64,000 nucleotides of DNA from Lophium mytilinum (lineage: Eukaryota), in contig MU004190.1 of assembly GCA_010093605.1 (NCBI GenBank), positions 496,001 to 560,000 on the forward strand, given 5' to 3'. The notes under the pieces were generated by a model, which saw only the letters and a list, made by a program, of their open reading frames with translations, searched no databases and was not told where the DNA came from. The first letter of the stretch is position 1, and each line of letters begins with the position of its first letter. Shown here one piece after another: positions 37,154 to 50,713 of this stretch. The position numbers and the translations under genes are program-made.

Positions 37154-40100
37154 TCAGTTTCTCCGGCCACGACCGCCGCTCCTCTTGATGATGTCAAGAA
37201 TCAGGTCCCTCGCCTCCTCGACTCCCTCGGTCGAGCCAGTAATCTCAATCGCCTCGCCCTGGGCCTGGTCCCGCGGCACGTTGATCTTCGTGTCCGTCTT
37301 CTTTCGGAGACCGTTGATGGTGCTGCCGCCAGTGCCTACGACCTGCCTGTACGCGCGTGGATCGGGGAGGATGAGGTAGCCGGTAGCGGAAGGCTTGGAG
37401 GCAGCTTCAATTGCCGATTCCAGAATCTGGCGAGCCTTGGGGAGGTTTTCAGCGGGTCCGCGGAGAATCCAGGGGATAGTTGCAGATGGATCTTCGGAGG
37501 AATCGGGCGTGTTGTTCTCGACGAGTTCCCAGGAGTAGGTTTCTTCCGCACCAGCACTGGTGTCGTCGTCGGTGATGAGAGGAAGGGACGCGCCGTTGAC
37601 ACCTTTGCGAGCCTTGCCGCCATCGGCAGCGACCTGCGCAGGGCGAGCTGGCGGTTGCTTGCCGGCGTGGTCGACGGTGACCTTGTGGTCGTTCTTCATG
37701 CGGCGGAAGAACTGGCCGTTATCAGAGATGCTGTGGTGTAGGTGCAGAGGGACTTGGATGGTCTCGCCTTCCTGCGACTTCACGAGCTCGAGGATATGCT
37801 CCTTGGCCTTCTCGACAGCAGCGGCCTCGCCGGTAATCTTGACTTGATTGCGGGCCGCGCCTGTTACGGTCTGCTTGGGGATGTCAAGCTGAATATTGAA
37901 TTGAGACTCAAGGTTGCGGCGAGTTTCGCCACCACGGCCAATCAATAGGCGGTGCTTCTCGGGAGACACGTCAAGGGTCTCGACAGTCTGGTTGTCTAGT
38001 GACGAAACCTGAGCGTGAATAGAGGCAACGATCTTCTCAACAACAGCCTTTGGGCCCTCGACTGTGATGGTAGTCTCATCATTCTCGGTACGAGGGAAAC
38101 GCACCATGCGAGCGAGGTCTCGCGCCTTGTCGGGTCCGCCAGCAGCCGTGACAATGCTGCGGATGTTGCCACCTGTGAATGATATTAGCGGTTGAACTCC
38201 ATATATTATATGAACAAGTCTTAGACTTACCTGACCGGCCAATAAGAGCACTATGATGTTTCTTATCAACCTCGATAGTCTGCGAGACGGTGTTGTCAAA
38301 GACCTTGGCTCGCTCTTGTATCTGCTTCTTGGCCTCTTCAACCTGCTTCTTGGTGCCCTTCAATGTAATGTCTGCGCGACCGGACGGACCAATCGAGTCT
38401 CGGGAAGGAACATCAATTTGAGCACCAGTTTCGAGGCGAAGGCGCTCCATCTCTTTACCACCGGATCCGATCAGGGTCGGGATTTGGCTCTGGGCCACAG
38501 AAACCGTGTCTATATACGAATGATCGGTGATATACTGAAGGAGGTCGAGAAGCTCGGTACGAGCTCCGTCAGCACCTCTCGTGGGACCCCGGATGGTGAC
38601 TTCGTCAGGCGCTTGAGCACGGTAATTCTTTTGCGAAGTTGCACCCTCAGTTGCAGCGTCATCATCGTGTGTGTTGTGCCGAGGGAAGTTGATTCGGACG
38701 CTGTACCGGTCTTGAAGTCGATGGATTTGAGCTCCCTTGGAACCGATTAGATCACGGTGGTACTGCGGCTTGATCTTCAGAACATGGGTTGTTTCGTCCT
38801 CAAGCCTCTTGCCTAGTGCGAGGATATGGGCCTTCGCAGCATGAGCCTTTGCTTGTGGTCCTTTGAGTTCAACCTTTCCGTCATTGACCTGGATATCCAC
38901 ATCAAACTCCTCTTTCAGCTTCCGGATGTTCTCGCCACGCTTTCCAATGAGGAAGTTTGCGTACTTCTGCGGGAAATCGAAGGTTGTAGTGTAGCCGCGC
39001 TCGAGTTCGTCCTTTTCTTCTTGCTCAACGAAGGCAAGAATTTGAGTGAAAAGATCATCGACAGCGTTGTTCGGTCCGCGCATTGCTATTCCGTTGTTGG
39101 ATCGTCTGCGAGCTTCCTCAGGTCTCCGCTGACCAAACAGAACTTGGACTGGTATTTCATCACGAGGTAGACCCTGTTGTTGTTTGTCGACGAATCGTCG
39201 GACCTTGTCATGGAACTTGGGAGGCGCCTCGACGTCCCGGGAAACGATTTCTTCTTCAGAGCTTGTCAAGGCCTCGATGAGCTGTTGTGCCTCCCGGAGT
39301 GCGCTCTGGTAAGCCTTGGCGTCTGCAGCTGATGGAGCGCCCCTCGGTAACACATAGTCGGCCGAAGGCTCTGGGCCCTCGAAGACAAGTATCAAGTCTG
39401 ACGATTCTTCTGACTCATCGGGGAAGACTAGCTGAACGCCCTTGTCGTCACGAATTTGCTGCGCGTTTCGTTGTTGCAGGAACTGATGATAGAACGGGTC
39501 GACGGTCATGTTGCTAATCCTGGACGGTGGATGACTACTGATCAGGCTCAAGATATCGGTGCGAGCCTTCATCGCGCTTTTACCAGTCCTAGCATAGATT
39601 TCCCAAGCGGTCGAGCCCTCAGTCGTTGGCAGGATGATGCTAGCTTCGTGTTGACGCTCTAGCTCTTCAATGGCTTGACGTTGCCTGAGATATCTCGTCA
39701 CATTACGCGCGTGAGCTTGCGCGTTGCCATGCTGTTTCGCAATATCGGCAAGGGCCATTTGCATGCTGGATGCTAGGTCCTCAAGCTTGTTCACACCATT
39801 TTCGATCTTGTCTGGAGGCCCGACGATGTAAATTGTCTCACTGTCGTCGGTGCTCGGTGGCAAGATGACTGTGCAGCCGGTTTCTTCCAAGAAGTCATGT
39901 AGCGATCCGCCCTTGTCGCCGACGATGAATTGGTGGCGGGCTCGTTCGATCGGAGTCTCCGAGATCGCTAGCTCACGACGCAGCTGTTGTACTTGTTGCT
40001 CTAGCTGGGCCTGTACCTCTCGCGCCGCATTTCGCTCTCCAGATATTTGTATTGGTAGGCCTGGCTGTGCTACGAACGGCACTGGCTGGCCACTGGTCCC

Positions 40101-41281
40101 TTGAGGTGGAGCTTGGGTATTCCAGGTGTGGTAATGAGGTATTTGAACACGGATGTCCTTTCCATCTTCCAGAGAACTTATGAGGTTGTTGTGTGGACCC
40201 GCAAGGAAGGGATAGTACTCGGCGGGAATGTCCTTCAAGCGCAGGTTCACAGTCGAGGTCCGCTCGTTGACGATATTTTCGATCTCCTGTCGTGCCATCT
40301 CTGCCGTAACAGCATTGCCCTCGATCAAGACATCGATCGTTGCGCTGTCATCGTCGTCTGCGAAGGCTGGCGAGTCTTCCTGTTTGGGGACTTGGATCTT
40401 CGCACCAGTGCGCTTGCTGATCTCTTGAATCTTCGAACCTTGGCGACCGATTATGTGGGCTCTCACGGATGCAGGGACCGGAACTTTGACGGATTGCTAG
40501 TACATGTCAGTGACGGACGTATGGTACGATTCTTGAATGCGCATACCTTGGAACCCAGCTCGTTCGCGACCTCCTTGAGGGCGTTGCGCACAGCTTCGAC
40601 CGGCCCTGTCCCTTCAAAGATGATGTGTCCACCATTTCCCTGCTTGTATTCAACCCTGGCCTTGGACTTGCGGTTGATGTCGCGGAGGATTTCGTTGACG
40701 GGCTTCTTCAATTGGTTGCGGGGAAGCAGCTGCGAAGGAGCAAAGGTGATGCTCTCAGCGTGTTTTCCAGGCAGCAACATACCCGGGAGGTTGACTCGGT
40801 GGGCAGCAGCCGCCGACGGTGCGAAGCCAGGGGTTCCAGCAGCCGGTGTCGATGCGCGGGACGACGCATTGCTGGATGCTAGGCCATTTGCAGAACCATT
40901 GACTCCATTTGTGGTAACGGACGCAGGCTTCTTGCCCCAGGCAGAGGGAACAGGCGCGCCTCGCGGCTTCGCCGGTCCCAAAGCCGGGAACAATTCCTCG
41001 GACTGGGTGTTCAATGGGGCATTTGCGGCGGGCTTCTTTTCAGGGTCCTTAGCCTTCTGCTTTCCCGCGGCCTTCTCCGACAGCACCGGCAGTGTCTCCG
41101 ATGAGCCATCAGCCTGCAACTTGAGCGAAGGAGGTGGGTGTTCAATATCCTCCTCGTCGACAACTTCCTCGATTGTAGGACGATGGGATTCATCAGCGGC
41201 GTGCTTTTCCGCCAGCAGCTGGGCCGGAGTCAATGCCTCTGGGGCAGAAGCGCTACCATTAGCGGCGACCTCAGAAGTCAT
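37154..41281 (-). CDS. SCP160: Vigilin/Scp160 multi-KH RNA-binding protein
   Basis: Many KH GxxG motifs (HIIGRQG, FLIGKRG, LIGSKG, LIGRGG, VVGTGG) and an N-terminal ELFPALG motif. Introns ~40496-40546 and ~38173-38230. Confidence 0.95.
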
Positions 41282-42390
41282 GTTGCTACCTCTGATATTG
41301 AAGTGTACAGGTGGGTATTCCGAAAAAGCGGAGGGCGTCGGTGAGTCGTAGGCTCCGGGTAGGGGAGGTCGGAGAAGCGAGGATGTGGTATAGGTGTCTG
41401 CAATGAGCTCAAAGTCAGAACAGCAACACAGAGAAGCAAGTAGGGAGCTGGGGGGCCATACCAATTAGGAGGAGCGCAAATCAGATTGCTGTAGTTTAGG
41501 CAAAAGAAACGAGGTGTGAATGTATGGGGATTTTTGGCTAGGCCATGATTCGGTGTGACCTGGCCGATGAAGTATGTAGGAGGTATAAAGAGGCAATGGC
41601 AGACACCGGAGCTCCCTAGAGAAGGTTCTAGGTAGGAGGGATGTCAGGCGAGGAGGGTGATGGGGATGGTGGGTTCTGGAAAAGTGGCCTTCACGTTCCA
41701 AAAGATCGAGGACCGCCCTTCCGCGCGCTGCCAAGCTAACGAGCCGCAGCAACTACACCTCCTTTAACGTAGCCTTTATTCATCAAAACTAGACAGAAAT
41801 CAGAAGCATCATTGCTTATGATCATCGGCCCATGGATCGCCACCAAGGACTTATTGTACACTCGCTCGAGTGCAGAAGAGCCTCGTAGTGATTACGGACT
41901 TCAATATGCTTAATTCCGCCAGGAAGGGTCCAAACTCCATATCGACCGCCTAATAATCCATTAAGCAAGATCGTTCCAAGATCACAAAGCAGAGCACTCG
42001 ATCTAATAATACTTGTCCTTCCGATACCTAATCATTCGCTGGTTCATCGAGTGATCTCTTACTACCCGCGCCATTGCATATCACAACGCAAGAGAAGTGA
42101 GATCCTAAATGCAATTATCTAGCTATTTCAATTCTTTTCTTTCTTAACGACGCCAGTCTTTCATCAAACTTATCCATCTAGACGATATACCCAGAAGTAG
42201 CGATTACGTAGTCACGTGACCATTTGAGTATGGAGACACATCAAGAGACCAATACTGCAAGACGTCACTCAAGGTCTCGTGCGTAAATGTAGGATAAGCA
42301 TCTTTGATTAAGTATAGTGTCTTAAATGTTAGTCCTGAAAACTCAATATGGCCCTATGATCTACTTTCAGCCACCTCGAACCACCGCCCT

Positions 42391-44139
42391 TCATCCAGTC
42401 GCCAACTTGAACCCACCAGGAACGTTCACCTGAAACAACTGCCCCGGATCATACACCTCACTCACACTCTCCAAAAAGGCCTTACTATCTCCTCCATACC
42501 CGGTAATCGGCTTCTGCCAACTAGCCGCGTAATTCAAGTACACGAACTCATTCCAAAGCCCCTTCTGCTTCGCCGCCGCCTCTGCGTCCTCAAATAGCTT
42601 CTTCACCGCCGCATACACTGTCGCGTCATCAGACGCCAATTGCCAACTCACCACAGCTAGCAGATTGACGAAATCATCCGTAAAGCGATCGAGACCGAGC
42701 ACGTTCGAGGCCGCGGATTTAGAGTAGATGGCGTGCGGGAGCGGCTGGTATGTCATCGTAAAGAGCAGTCCTATCACGTGGGTGTTCATATCCGTGACCA
42801 TAGTGTCGGCGAGGGCGTAGAGCTCGGCCATAAAAGCCGCGTCGTTGATGAAGGTCAGCGTGGCGAACATGTTACTCTTCCCGTTAGTAGTCGAGCTCGC
42901 GACAGCGATCTCGGTAGTGAAAGACGAGAGATAGTCGACACGCATAGTGCTCACGCCCGGGATCTCGAACAGCCCTTCGAATGCGGGTGGTAAGGGAGTC
43001 GGTTTGGTGTACTCGACGTCGTTGACGATGAGTTCGATGACCCCGGCTTCCCAGGCGAAGTTGGAGATGAGGGCGGCGTAGGGGTCATACGTCGCGCTTT
43101 TAGTGAAGTTGTAGATGAAGTTGAAGACGTCGGTTCGCGTTTCGGTGGTGGGGATTTGGGTGTAGGTCCCGCCCCAGAGCTTACCCTGTTGAAAGAGGCG
43201 GACGTCGAAGCGGGTGACGATGCCGAAGTTGTTGGAGCCGCCCTTCAAAGCGCGGAAGAGGTTGGGATTCGACGTGGCGTTCGCGTTGACGACGGCGCCG
43301 GAAGCGAGGACGACTTCGAAGTTATAGATGTTGTCACAGGCGAAGCCATAGCGGCCGGAGTAGAAGGATACGCCTCCTGGAGTTCGAGTTAGTATGCTAG
43401 TTGGTTGAAAGAAGCTGTGGTGATTGGCTTACCCCCAGTCATCAATCCTCCAACTCCTACAGTACTGACCCTACCTCCAACCATAGCAAGGCCCTGCGCA
43501 TCTAGAGTCGGATAGATGTTTATCCATCTATTTCCAGGACCAATACGCGCAAAGGACTTGTCACCTGAGACGGTCACCTGATTCAGCTGCTGGAGATCGA
43601 TGGTGATTCCACCTTCAATATTGGCAGCGCCGGCCTGAGGAGTATGACTATTGGAGGTTTAGAGAAGCGAGAAACAAATCGTATGTGATAGCTTACCCTC
43701 CACTCCTAACAGCAAACTTGCAGCCGGACATTGATAGTCCATATGCAGTGTTGAGAATGAAGACCGCGGTAGCGACATCTTGATTGGTCGTAGGGATGAC
43801 TATACATGTCGGATTGAGAGTCTGCTCCTGCAGGGAATAGTAGGATGCAAGCGAGGCCTCGTATGCGGCGTCGAGATCCAATGCCGTATCATCATGGACC
43901 TTGCCCGGGAGGAAAGAGCTCAAAGTGTCACACTGCTAAAGTCAATACAGGCGCTGTACCCAAATTTGAGTGTAAAGAGATGACGGCTGAAAATGAGAGT
44001 GGTTGCATACACATGATTCGGTAGATTGGAGCTTGTTTTGAGTTGCGGTCAGACCTGGTAGCGCTGCAACGGCTATGGAGAAATATGCGGTACACAAAAC
44101 AGCCGCGATTTGATATATCCGGGAGCGAAGAGACAGCAT
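42391..44139 (-). CDS. Secreted FAD-binding oxidoreductase (BBE/VAO-like, FAD_binding_4)
   Basis: Signal peptide, FAVRSGG-H, GGRVSTVGVGG, LKGGSNNFGIVT, YLNYA and YDP..LFQ..VPGGFK; several short introns. Confidence 0.9.
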
Positions 44140-45769
44140 CCTCTTTGCTTTAGCAACAGAAAAGAAGCAAGCAGAGATTTCGCTGCTTTTATATTAAAGG
44201 GGATTTGTTCTCTTATTGCGGCGCATACCCACCGCATGGCCGCGTATGCAGAAAGCGCCAGGGCAGTATCCAAGAAGGAAGAACATGACTGATAGATGAA
44301 GCAGGAGACATGCAGATCAGTCTTTCCAGGTAGTGGCTCGCATCTGTGCTTTTCGCATTGGGCGTCGCGAAGTGCTTGGAAGCAAGAGCATCCGCATGTC
44401 TCGCCAATTGTAGCTTCAAGTCAGCGCCTCTCGTATGCATTGTTATTGACATGACGGAAGAGGAGGCGGGGATGCAGTTAGTTGGTCAAGTGTTCAGTCC
44501 TTTCCGCGTGGGCAACCCTTGTCAATCCAGGCAAGAATACCCTGCCGAAGGTCAAGGTGGTGTGAATAGGATGTAAATATGCATAGAACAGGAAATTGGG
44601 GTGGAATGCTGTGGCGTGGTCGAGCGAATCAAGAGTCGCCACAGTGGTAAGTTTCCGGACCGCACGAGGTCCATGATTCGCCCCTATTGCCAAGAGTCTG
44701 CATGGAAGCAGGGTGCTTTGGTCGGCTGGATCCGGGTTCCCGGGTCCATATTGAATTCGATGCCGGCAGAATAAACGACGGGGCGGGATTCAGCCGGCAC
44801 ACACCTACGTACAGTTCATAGATGTGCAGTACCTCGTCGGAAACTCGCTTGCTGCAATATAATACTGTCTTCAAGGCTCAATACCCAAATTAAACACTGT
44901 TCCTTATATAGTAGAGCCCGCCATCTCAAAAGACCGCAGAAACACCATATTCAGATATTGGTCCAGACTGTTGAATTTCGTGTTGACCAGAGCTTTGTCA
45001 ATGCGAGTCTTTCACGGGACCTCAACTGGCATGATAGCGCTCAACTGTTTGTATACAGCCTCTCTGTACGTCTAATGACCCAGCGCGGAAACTGAGCCAA
45101 CCCCTATGAACCTCCTTTTCTGGGCTAATAGCGAGCCGACTTGAAGGATCATTGGCTAGGCAGCTGTCATTCCCCCTCGAAAGGCGTCCGGAATCGCTGC
45201 CTCATACTAAGTCTATGGGGTATATTTAGGGTGAACTTAGAAGTGGAACTTTAGCCAGACTACAGTAATAGAAAAGTGGAGCTGGGAAGGCGGGAGGAGA
45301 AACCCACGTACGGAGTACGGAGTAGGCAAAAATAGACACTTGGCCCGAAGCTGATCATGCCTTGGCGGAAATTATATGCCACGAGGGCACTTCTCAGACT
45401 TCGGCCGTAACCTAATCCGCGTTTTCTTATCCTTCCTACTCTGTAATAACTCTACTGTCTTCACAAACGTCAATTTCACATTCATACTAACATTCAAGCT
45501 TGAAGGATCGATATACATAGTATTGTAGTTGCCGCAGTCAGGCGGCCACAGGATGATGCTATTCCCAATCCATCGTAAGCTCCGAGAGGCTGGGGCGTGG
45601 CTGACTTTTGGCCCCAGTTCAGATCGATCAGACCTCCTCAGCTCCAACCCCTCGGCCTTTTTCCAAGACTCACCTGGGCATGCGAGCTGTGATACTTGGC
45701 AATTCGGACAGCAGCGTGAAGTGAATTCATACCTGTCCTTCATACAATCCTCTCGAAACGTTCGCAAAG

Positions 45770-47780
45770 ATGTGCGAGCCGCTCTCGATTCTCGGCGGTG
45801 CCTTAACCGTAGCCAGCACCGCAATCACACTAGGCCAACAGACCTACGAGATTGTGACCGGTATCCAAGATGCCCCAGAACACATTAAACGTCTCGCAAC
45901 AGACCTTCAAGGATTTTATCATGTCCTCGGACTGTTGACGCATGCGTTGAATGCCCAGCTCAAAACGGCGCACCCAGAAAGCTTGCCATTACAGATGATT
46001 ACGAACATTCAGGATTTACTCGAGAAATGCATCGATGTCTTCAAAGACATAAGCAGAGTTGTACAGCCGTTCCTTGATAACAACGGCAATGCTCTCCGAA
46101 ATTTCACGAAGAGTTTCAAATGGGAAATGACCAGAAAAGCAAACGTCATTCATATGCAGAGGACGCTAAGCGACTATAAACTCACGCTGGAATTAGCAAT
46201 ATCGTCGTTGAATTTGTAGGTGTCCCAGAGTCTTCTAAATGACCTCAGATACTCGACTAACTATGCGAAATAGCATCAATTCTTCACAAACTATTGACAT
46301 GGTCGCGCATTTGCAGAAAGACTTTCGCAGGCTTCGTCGGCAGATCGATAGCAGGGACCGAGCAACAATCGCCCAAAAGTATCCGCCATCTCAGCAAAAT
46401 GCGCAAGAGCTGGTAGAAGTCAACGAGGAAACTTATAGTGAACCAATGCGCCGCTTTCTTGCCCGAACAGCCTCCGTTATCTCAACTACATCTACCTCAA
46501 CTCGTGCCACAGACATTTTCTCCGATGACGTGTCTGATGTTACAGCTTTCACGGAGTATACGGAAGTCCCCGTAAACGAATTTATAACACCGAAACCGAA
46601 GGATATCGACCCTGTCGGCTATTCAGCGGGATCATCGCCCAAGCTCCCAGAGATTCGAGAAGTAGACCTCGGAGGCCTTGAGAAGCCTCTCGAAGACACC
46701 TCTCAGAGAGAACGCTCTAGCGAGGCGGCCGAGAAAGAAAATCTGCCGCAGAAACCTGGGACCTGGAAACGTTTCAGAAACCGTGTCAAGCGAAACGGGA
46801 GTAGTCCGAGTTTGGGCTCTTTACCAGAGTTTGAAAGTCCATCCCCAGTAACTCCAGTATCCGACCACGGCCTCTCTCCACAAGGCTCTTTCCCGTTCTT
46901 GGGGAAGCCCCAGGATACGAAGATGACTGAGCGGAGTTTGTCGCCGGGGCCATTTGAGGAAACCCGCAGGCAAACGGTCGGAAGAAAGCCGGTGCCGATT
47001 GGTGCTGAGTTGACCAAGTCGTCAAGTGTGCCATCAATCCCCCTTCAAGGCCGCGAAACCACTCTCAGGGCCCCCGAACACGTTCCACATCGATCTGCTA
47101 CTACGCCAATCAGTACACCCTCGTCCATGTCACTTCAAAACAAACCATATGGGCTTCCGCGGTTCAGTTCTCCTGACAACGACGCAAAAATGGAATCATC
47201 CACTTCTGGAAGAAATGACAGAGATGCTTTGCTCAGCTCCCTTAGACGTGGCGCTTCAAAATCGATAAGCGGTGAAGAAGACACGAGAAACAAGTCTTCC
47301 ATAGACCCCTCGTCTCCTTGCAAAGCTTGCAGTAGTCCTATCGGAGGAGAGAAGCATTACACGATCCGCTCACACAAGTGGCACCTGCAATGCTTCCGAT
47401 GCAACTCGTGCAAGGTGCTTCTCCAATCAGATACATCCACAATGTTCCTCGTGAAAGACGATTTTCTCGTTTGCAATAGCTGTGCATATAACTGTCAGTC
47501 CTGCGACCGGCGCGTTGATGATCACGGTGCCAACGATGAAGGCCTAACGGGAAACTATGGAAGAATCCAGTCAATGACACAATCACCCGGTCAAAATCTG
47601 TGTCCGGGATTGTTCTTCTGTCACGACTGTCACAAAAGCATCAAGAATATGAGATACGCAAGAAATCGCCAAGGCATTTTTTGCTTGGCATGCCATCCGC
47701 AGACGATGTCAGAATTCGAACGCGAGCGAAGAGAGCGAGAGCGCGAGCAAATGCGGGCAGTACCCGTACTTGTTGAATGA
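45770..47780 (+). CDS. HeLo-like (fungal STAND N-terminal) domain fused to a tandem LIM zinc-binding domain
   Basis: Exon 1 (45770-46215) MCEPLSILGGALTV..IQDAPEHIKRLATDL..KW..LSDYKLTLELAI. Intron 46216-46273 (GTAGGT..CTAAC..TAG) joins in frame. C-terminus CKAC..KWHLQCFRCNSC..VCNSCAYNCQSC..CHDC..RYARNRQGIFCLACH. Confidence 0.8.
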
Positions 47781-48300
47781 ATACGAATGAATGGCGAAGG
47801 GGAAAGGTCTCCCGCATATAGATTGGACTAAAGGCAAACTTTCGGGGCAACAATGCTCTGCATATCAAACATCCTTTACCGATCGGCTAATAGTCAAAGA
47901 GAGATCAAGCTCGCATTCCTCGTAAGAAAGTGCGGGATCCAATCAGCGACAGCCACAATACGAGCCACATGCATCATCGTGGAGCGCGGGACAGCCGCAG
48001 TGTACACCACCAAACCTGCCATCGGGGAATTCTCAGCCCGCAAGGCTGAATTAATTGTAATGGAGAAACACATCACCTACTGCTCGTATCATCATCTGCG
48101 CAGATAAGACTTTCCATTGGTTTAAATCAGGTCGCCATGTAAAATCGATCTGAAAATAGCTCACTTGAAAGTTCAAGAGGGGGATCGACGCGTGGCTTCG
48201 CACAGCCGTAATCTCTACACTACCGTGACTACACAAGTACACATATTGAGCCACTAGGCCCGACTCCCGAGCTGCTTCCTTTCTAAAGACATCGATCAAA

Positions 48301-50434
48301 ATGTTCAGCGCCTCATTTTTACTTCTTTCGGCTATCACATCCATCTTCATTCCATGTGCTCATACGCTTGTGAATGCAAACCAGGACGACAGCTGCAAAT
48401 GCGTATGTAAATGTGCCAGGAACTGTTGCAGGATTATACTGATATCGATACCAGATTCCAAGCTCGGATTGTTGGCCAAGCGCAACGGAATGGTCCGCAT
48501 TGAACGATACTATCTCAGGCCAGCTCATCCAAGCCGTTCCTCCAGCATCTGTCTGCTACTCCGCCCAGCCCAATTATGACGAGGATGCTTGTGATCACAT
48601 CAGATCACAGTGGTTCAACTCCTCGTTCCATGCCGAAGATCCAATTAGCATCGATTACCCCGTTTGGGCCAACAATTCCTGCAACCCAATTTTCCCGAAT
48701 GGGACGAGCGTCACGGGAGATGTGAAAGCGGGAGATAAAGGGTGCTCTATTGGGGACTACCCTGTGTATGTAGTTAATGCGACTGATCCAGAGCATGTGG
48801 CCGGAGTTTTGAAGTGGGCTGGACAGAGAAACGTTCGAGTTGTAATCAAGAACACTGGGCACTCTTACCCTGGGAGGTAAATTCTACCACAAAGCCGGAT
48901 ACCCCACAAAAGATGCTAATATGCCTCTTAGAAGCACCGGATATGGCAGCCTATCGTAAGCAAATTCCTTGTCGGAGCCCTGCCCAGGACTCTATGCTAA
49001 TATAACAGCTAGCATCTGGACGCACAACATCCGCGGCGTAACCTACCACGATAACTTCCAGCCTCAATTCTGTCCCCTCAATGAAACGCAGAAAGCCGCT
49101 ACCATCGCCGCTGGAGAAGTTGGATCATCAGTATTGGCCGAACTATCCAAAAACAACGCTGTAGTCGTCACAGGAGCTAACCCGGTAAACATACTCTCCT
49201 CCCCACCTCACCGCCCTTCTCTCCTACTCCCCATCTAACCCTCCCAGGACGTCGGTCTAGCAGGCTGGTTCACAGGTGGTGGTCACGGGTTCCTCTCCTC
49301 TACCCACGGCCTGGGCGCCGACAATCTTATCGAAGCCACCCTCATCACCCCTCTAGGCGACCTCCTAACCGCCAACGCCTGCCAGTACCCAGATCTCTTC
49401 TTTGCCATCCGCGGCGGTGGAGGCGGCACCTACGGCGTCATTACCTCCGCAGTCATGAAAGCCTATACAGCCCCTGAAACCACCACGCACAACCTTCAGT
49501 TCACAACCACCGGCCCCAACGTGACTCGTGAGTACTGGGACCTAATTGCCTTCATCCACTCCCAGATGCCCGCCTTAAAAGAAGGCGGAATGCAAGGCTA
49601 CTACTTCATGGTCGGCCCGCCAGTCATGCCCACCCTCTCATTCCTCTGGGTCTTTAACCTCTACGACAAACCGCCCGGAACAGCTGACGCGCTCTTCTCC
49701 CCCATAAAAGCCTACCTAGACTCACACGAAGACCTCTTCATCTACCACACCAGCACCACCACCAGCTCTTTCTACGACTTTCTCAAGCAGGGCAAGAACG
49801 AGTTCGTCGCCACCGGCGGCTCGGCATACGGATCCCGGCTCCTCCCCGCGCGCGCACTCACTGAAAACGTAGAAGCCCTCTCACTGATACTCGAGAAAAT
49901 CGGGCCGTCGACTGATCCCAGCAAGCCAAGCGTACGTAGGCCTCTCTCCTAACACTCGATATTACGGCCAAAGCACTAACATCCCTCGAGGGCGCCCTCG
50001 GCAATACCCTCCTCCTAGGCCACATGGTCACACCCCCCTCCAACACCCCCGTCTACAACGGCGTCAACCCCGCCTGGCGCGAGGCAGTCACGCACTTCAT
50101 CGTGTCCGAAGGCTGGCTCGACGGCATGCCGCAGGCCCTCATCGACTCCGTGTACACAGATATCACTTTAAACAAAACATACGCATTACGCCAGCTGGCG
50201 CCGGACTCCGGGGCATATTTCAACGAGTGCGATTCCTACGAACCGGACTGGCAGTCCTCCTTTTTCGGCTCCAACTACGCGAAGTTGCGGCAGACGAAGC
50301 AGACGTACGACCCCGCGGGCGTGCTGTGGTGTCGGCGGTGCGTGGGGAGCGAGGTGTGGGTTGAGCAGGGGGACGGGCGGTTGTGTCGGCCGAATTGGTT
50401 TGGGAAGGAGCTTAGAACGCGCTGTGAAAGCTAG
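48301..50434 (+). CDS. Secreted FAD-linked oxidoreductase with BBE domain
   Basis: Signal peptide, CWPS..W, KNTGHSYPGRS, GGGHG, AIRGGGGGTYGVITS, GAYFNE, FFGSNY and YDP.GVLWCRRCVGSE; several introns. Confidence 0.92.
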
Positions 50435-50713
50435 TGAAGAAACATGCCTGTTATGAAGCAATGTAGCAGATCGCGTTCGAGTAACGGATCATACGATACC
50501 AGATTCACATATTAGGGGTCTCAATGTACCAAATACTGTCTAATTGCTGCCGAGTTCCTCTACCAGTGATATTGACGATAAAAGGAAAGAAGCTCATGAA
50601 ATCTTTACAGCCGGGCCTATGCAAACGCCGTGACAACCAACCCTTAAGGCGCTACAGGAGTATCACAAGCAGACCAGCCATACACCTCACGCCTCTACCC
50701 TACCCAGTCTCCC

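Noticed and set aside
40101..41351. 416-aa plus-strand ORF and similar long antisense ORFs
   Set aside because: Shadow frames of GC-rich real genes (here vigilin) with no independent motifs.
41282..41464. Upstream extension of the vigilin ORF
   Set aside because: Runs through a probable 5'UTR intron (GTATGG..CTGAC..CAG); the likely start is ATG at 41281.
42391..50434. Secondary-metabolite gene cluster around the two FAD oxidases
   Set aside because: No backbone synthase, transporter or cluster regulator in the interval.
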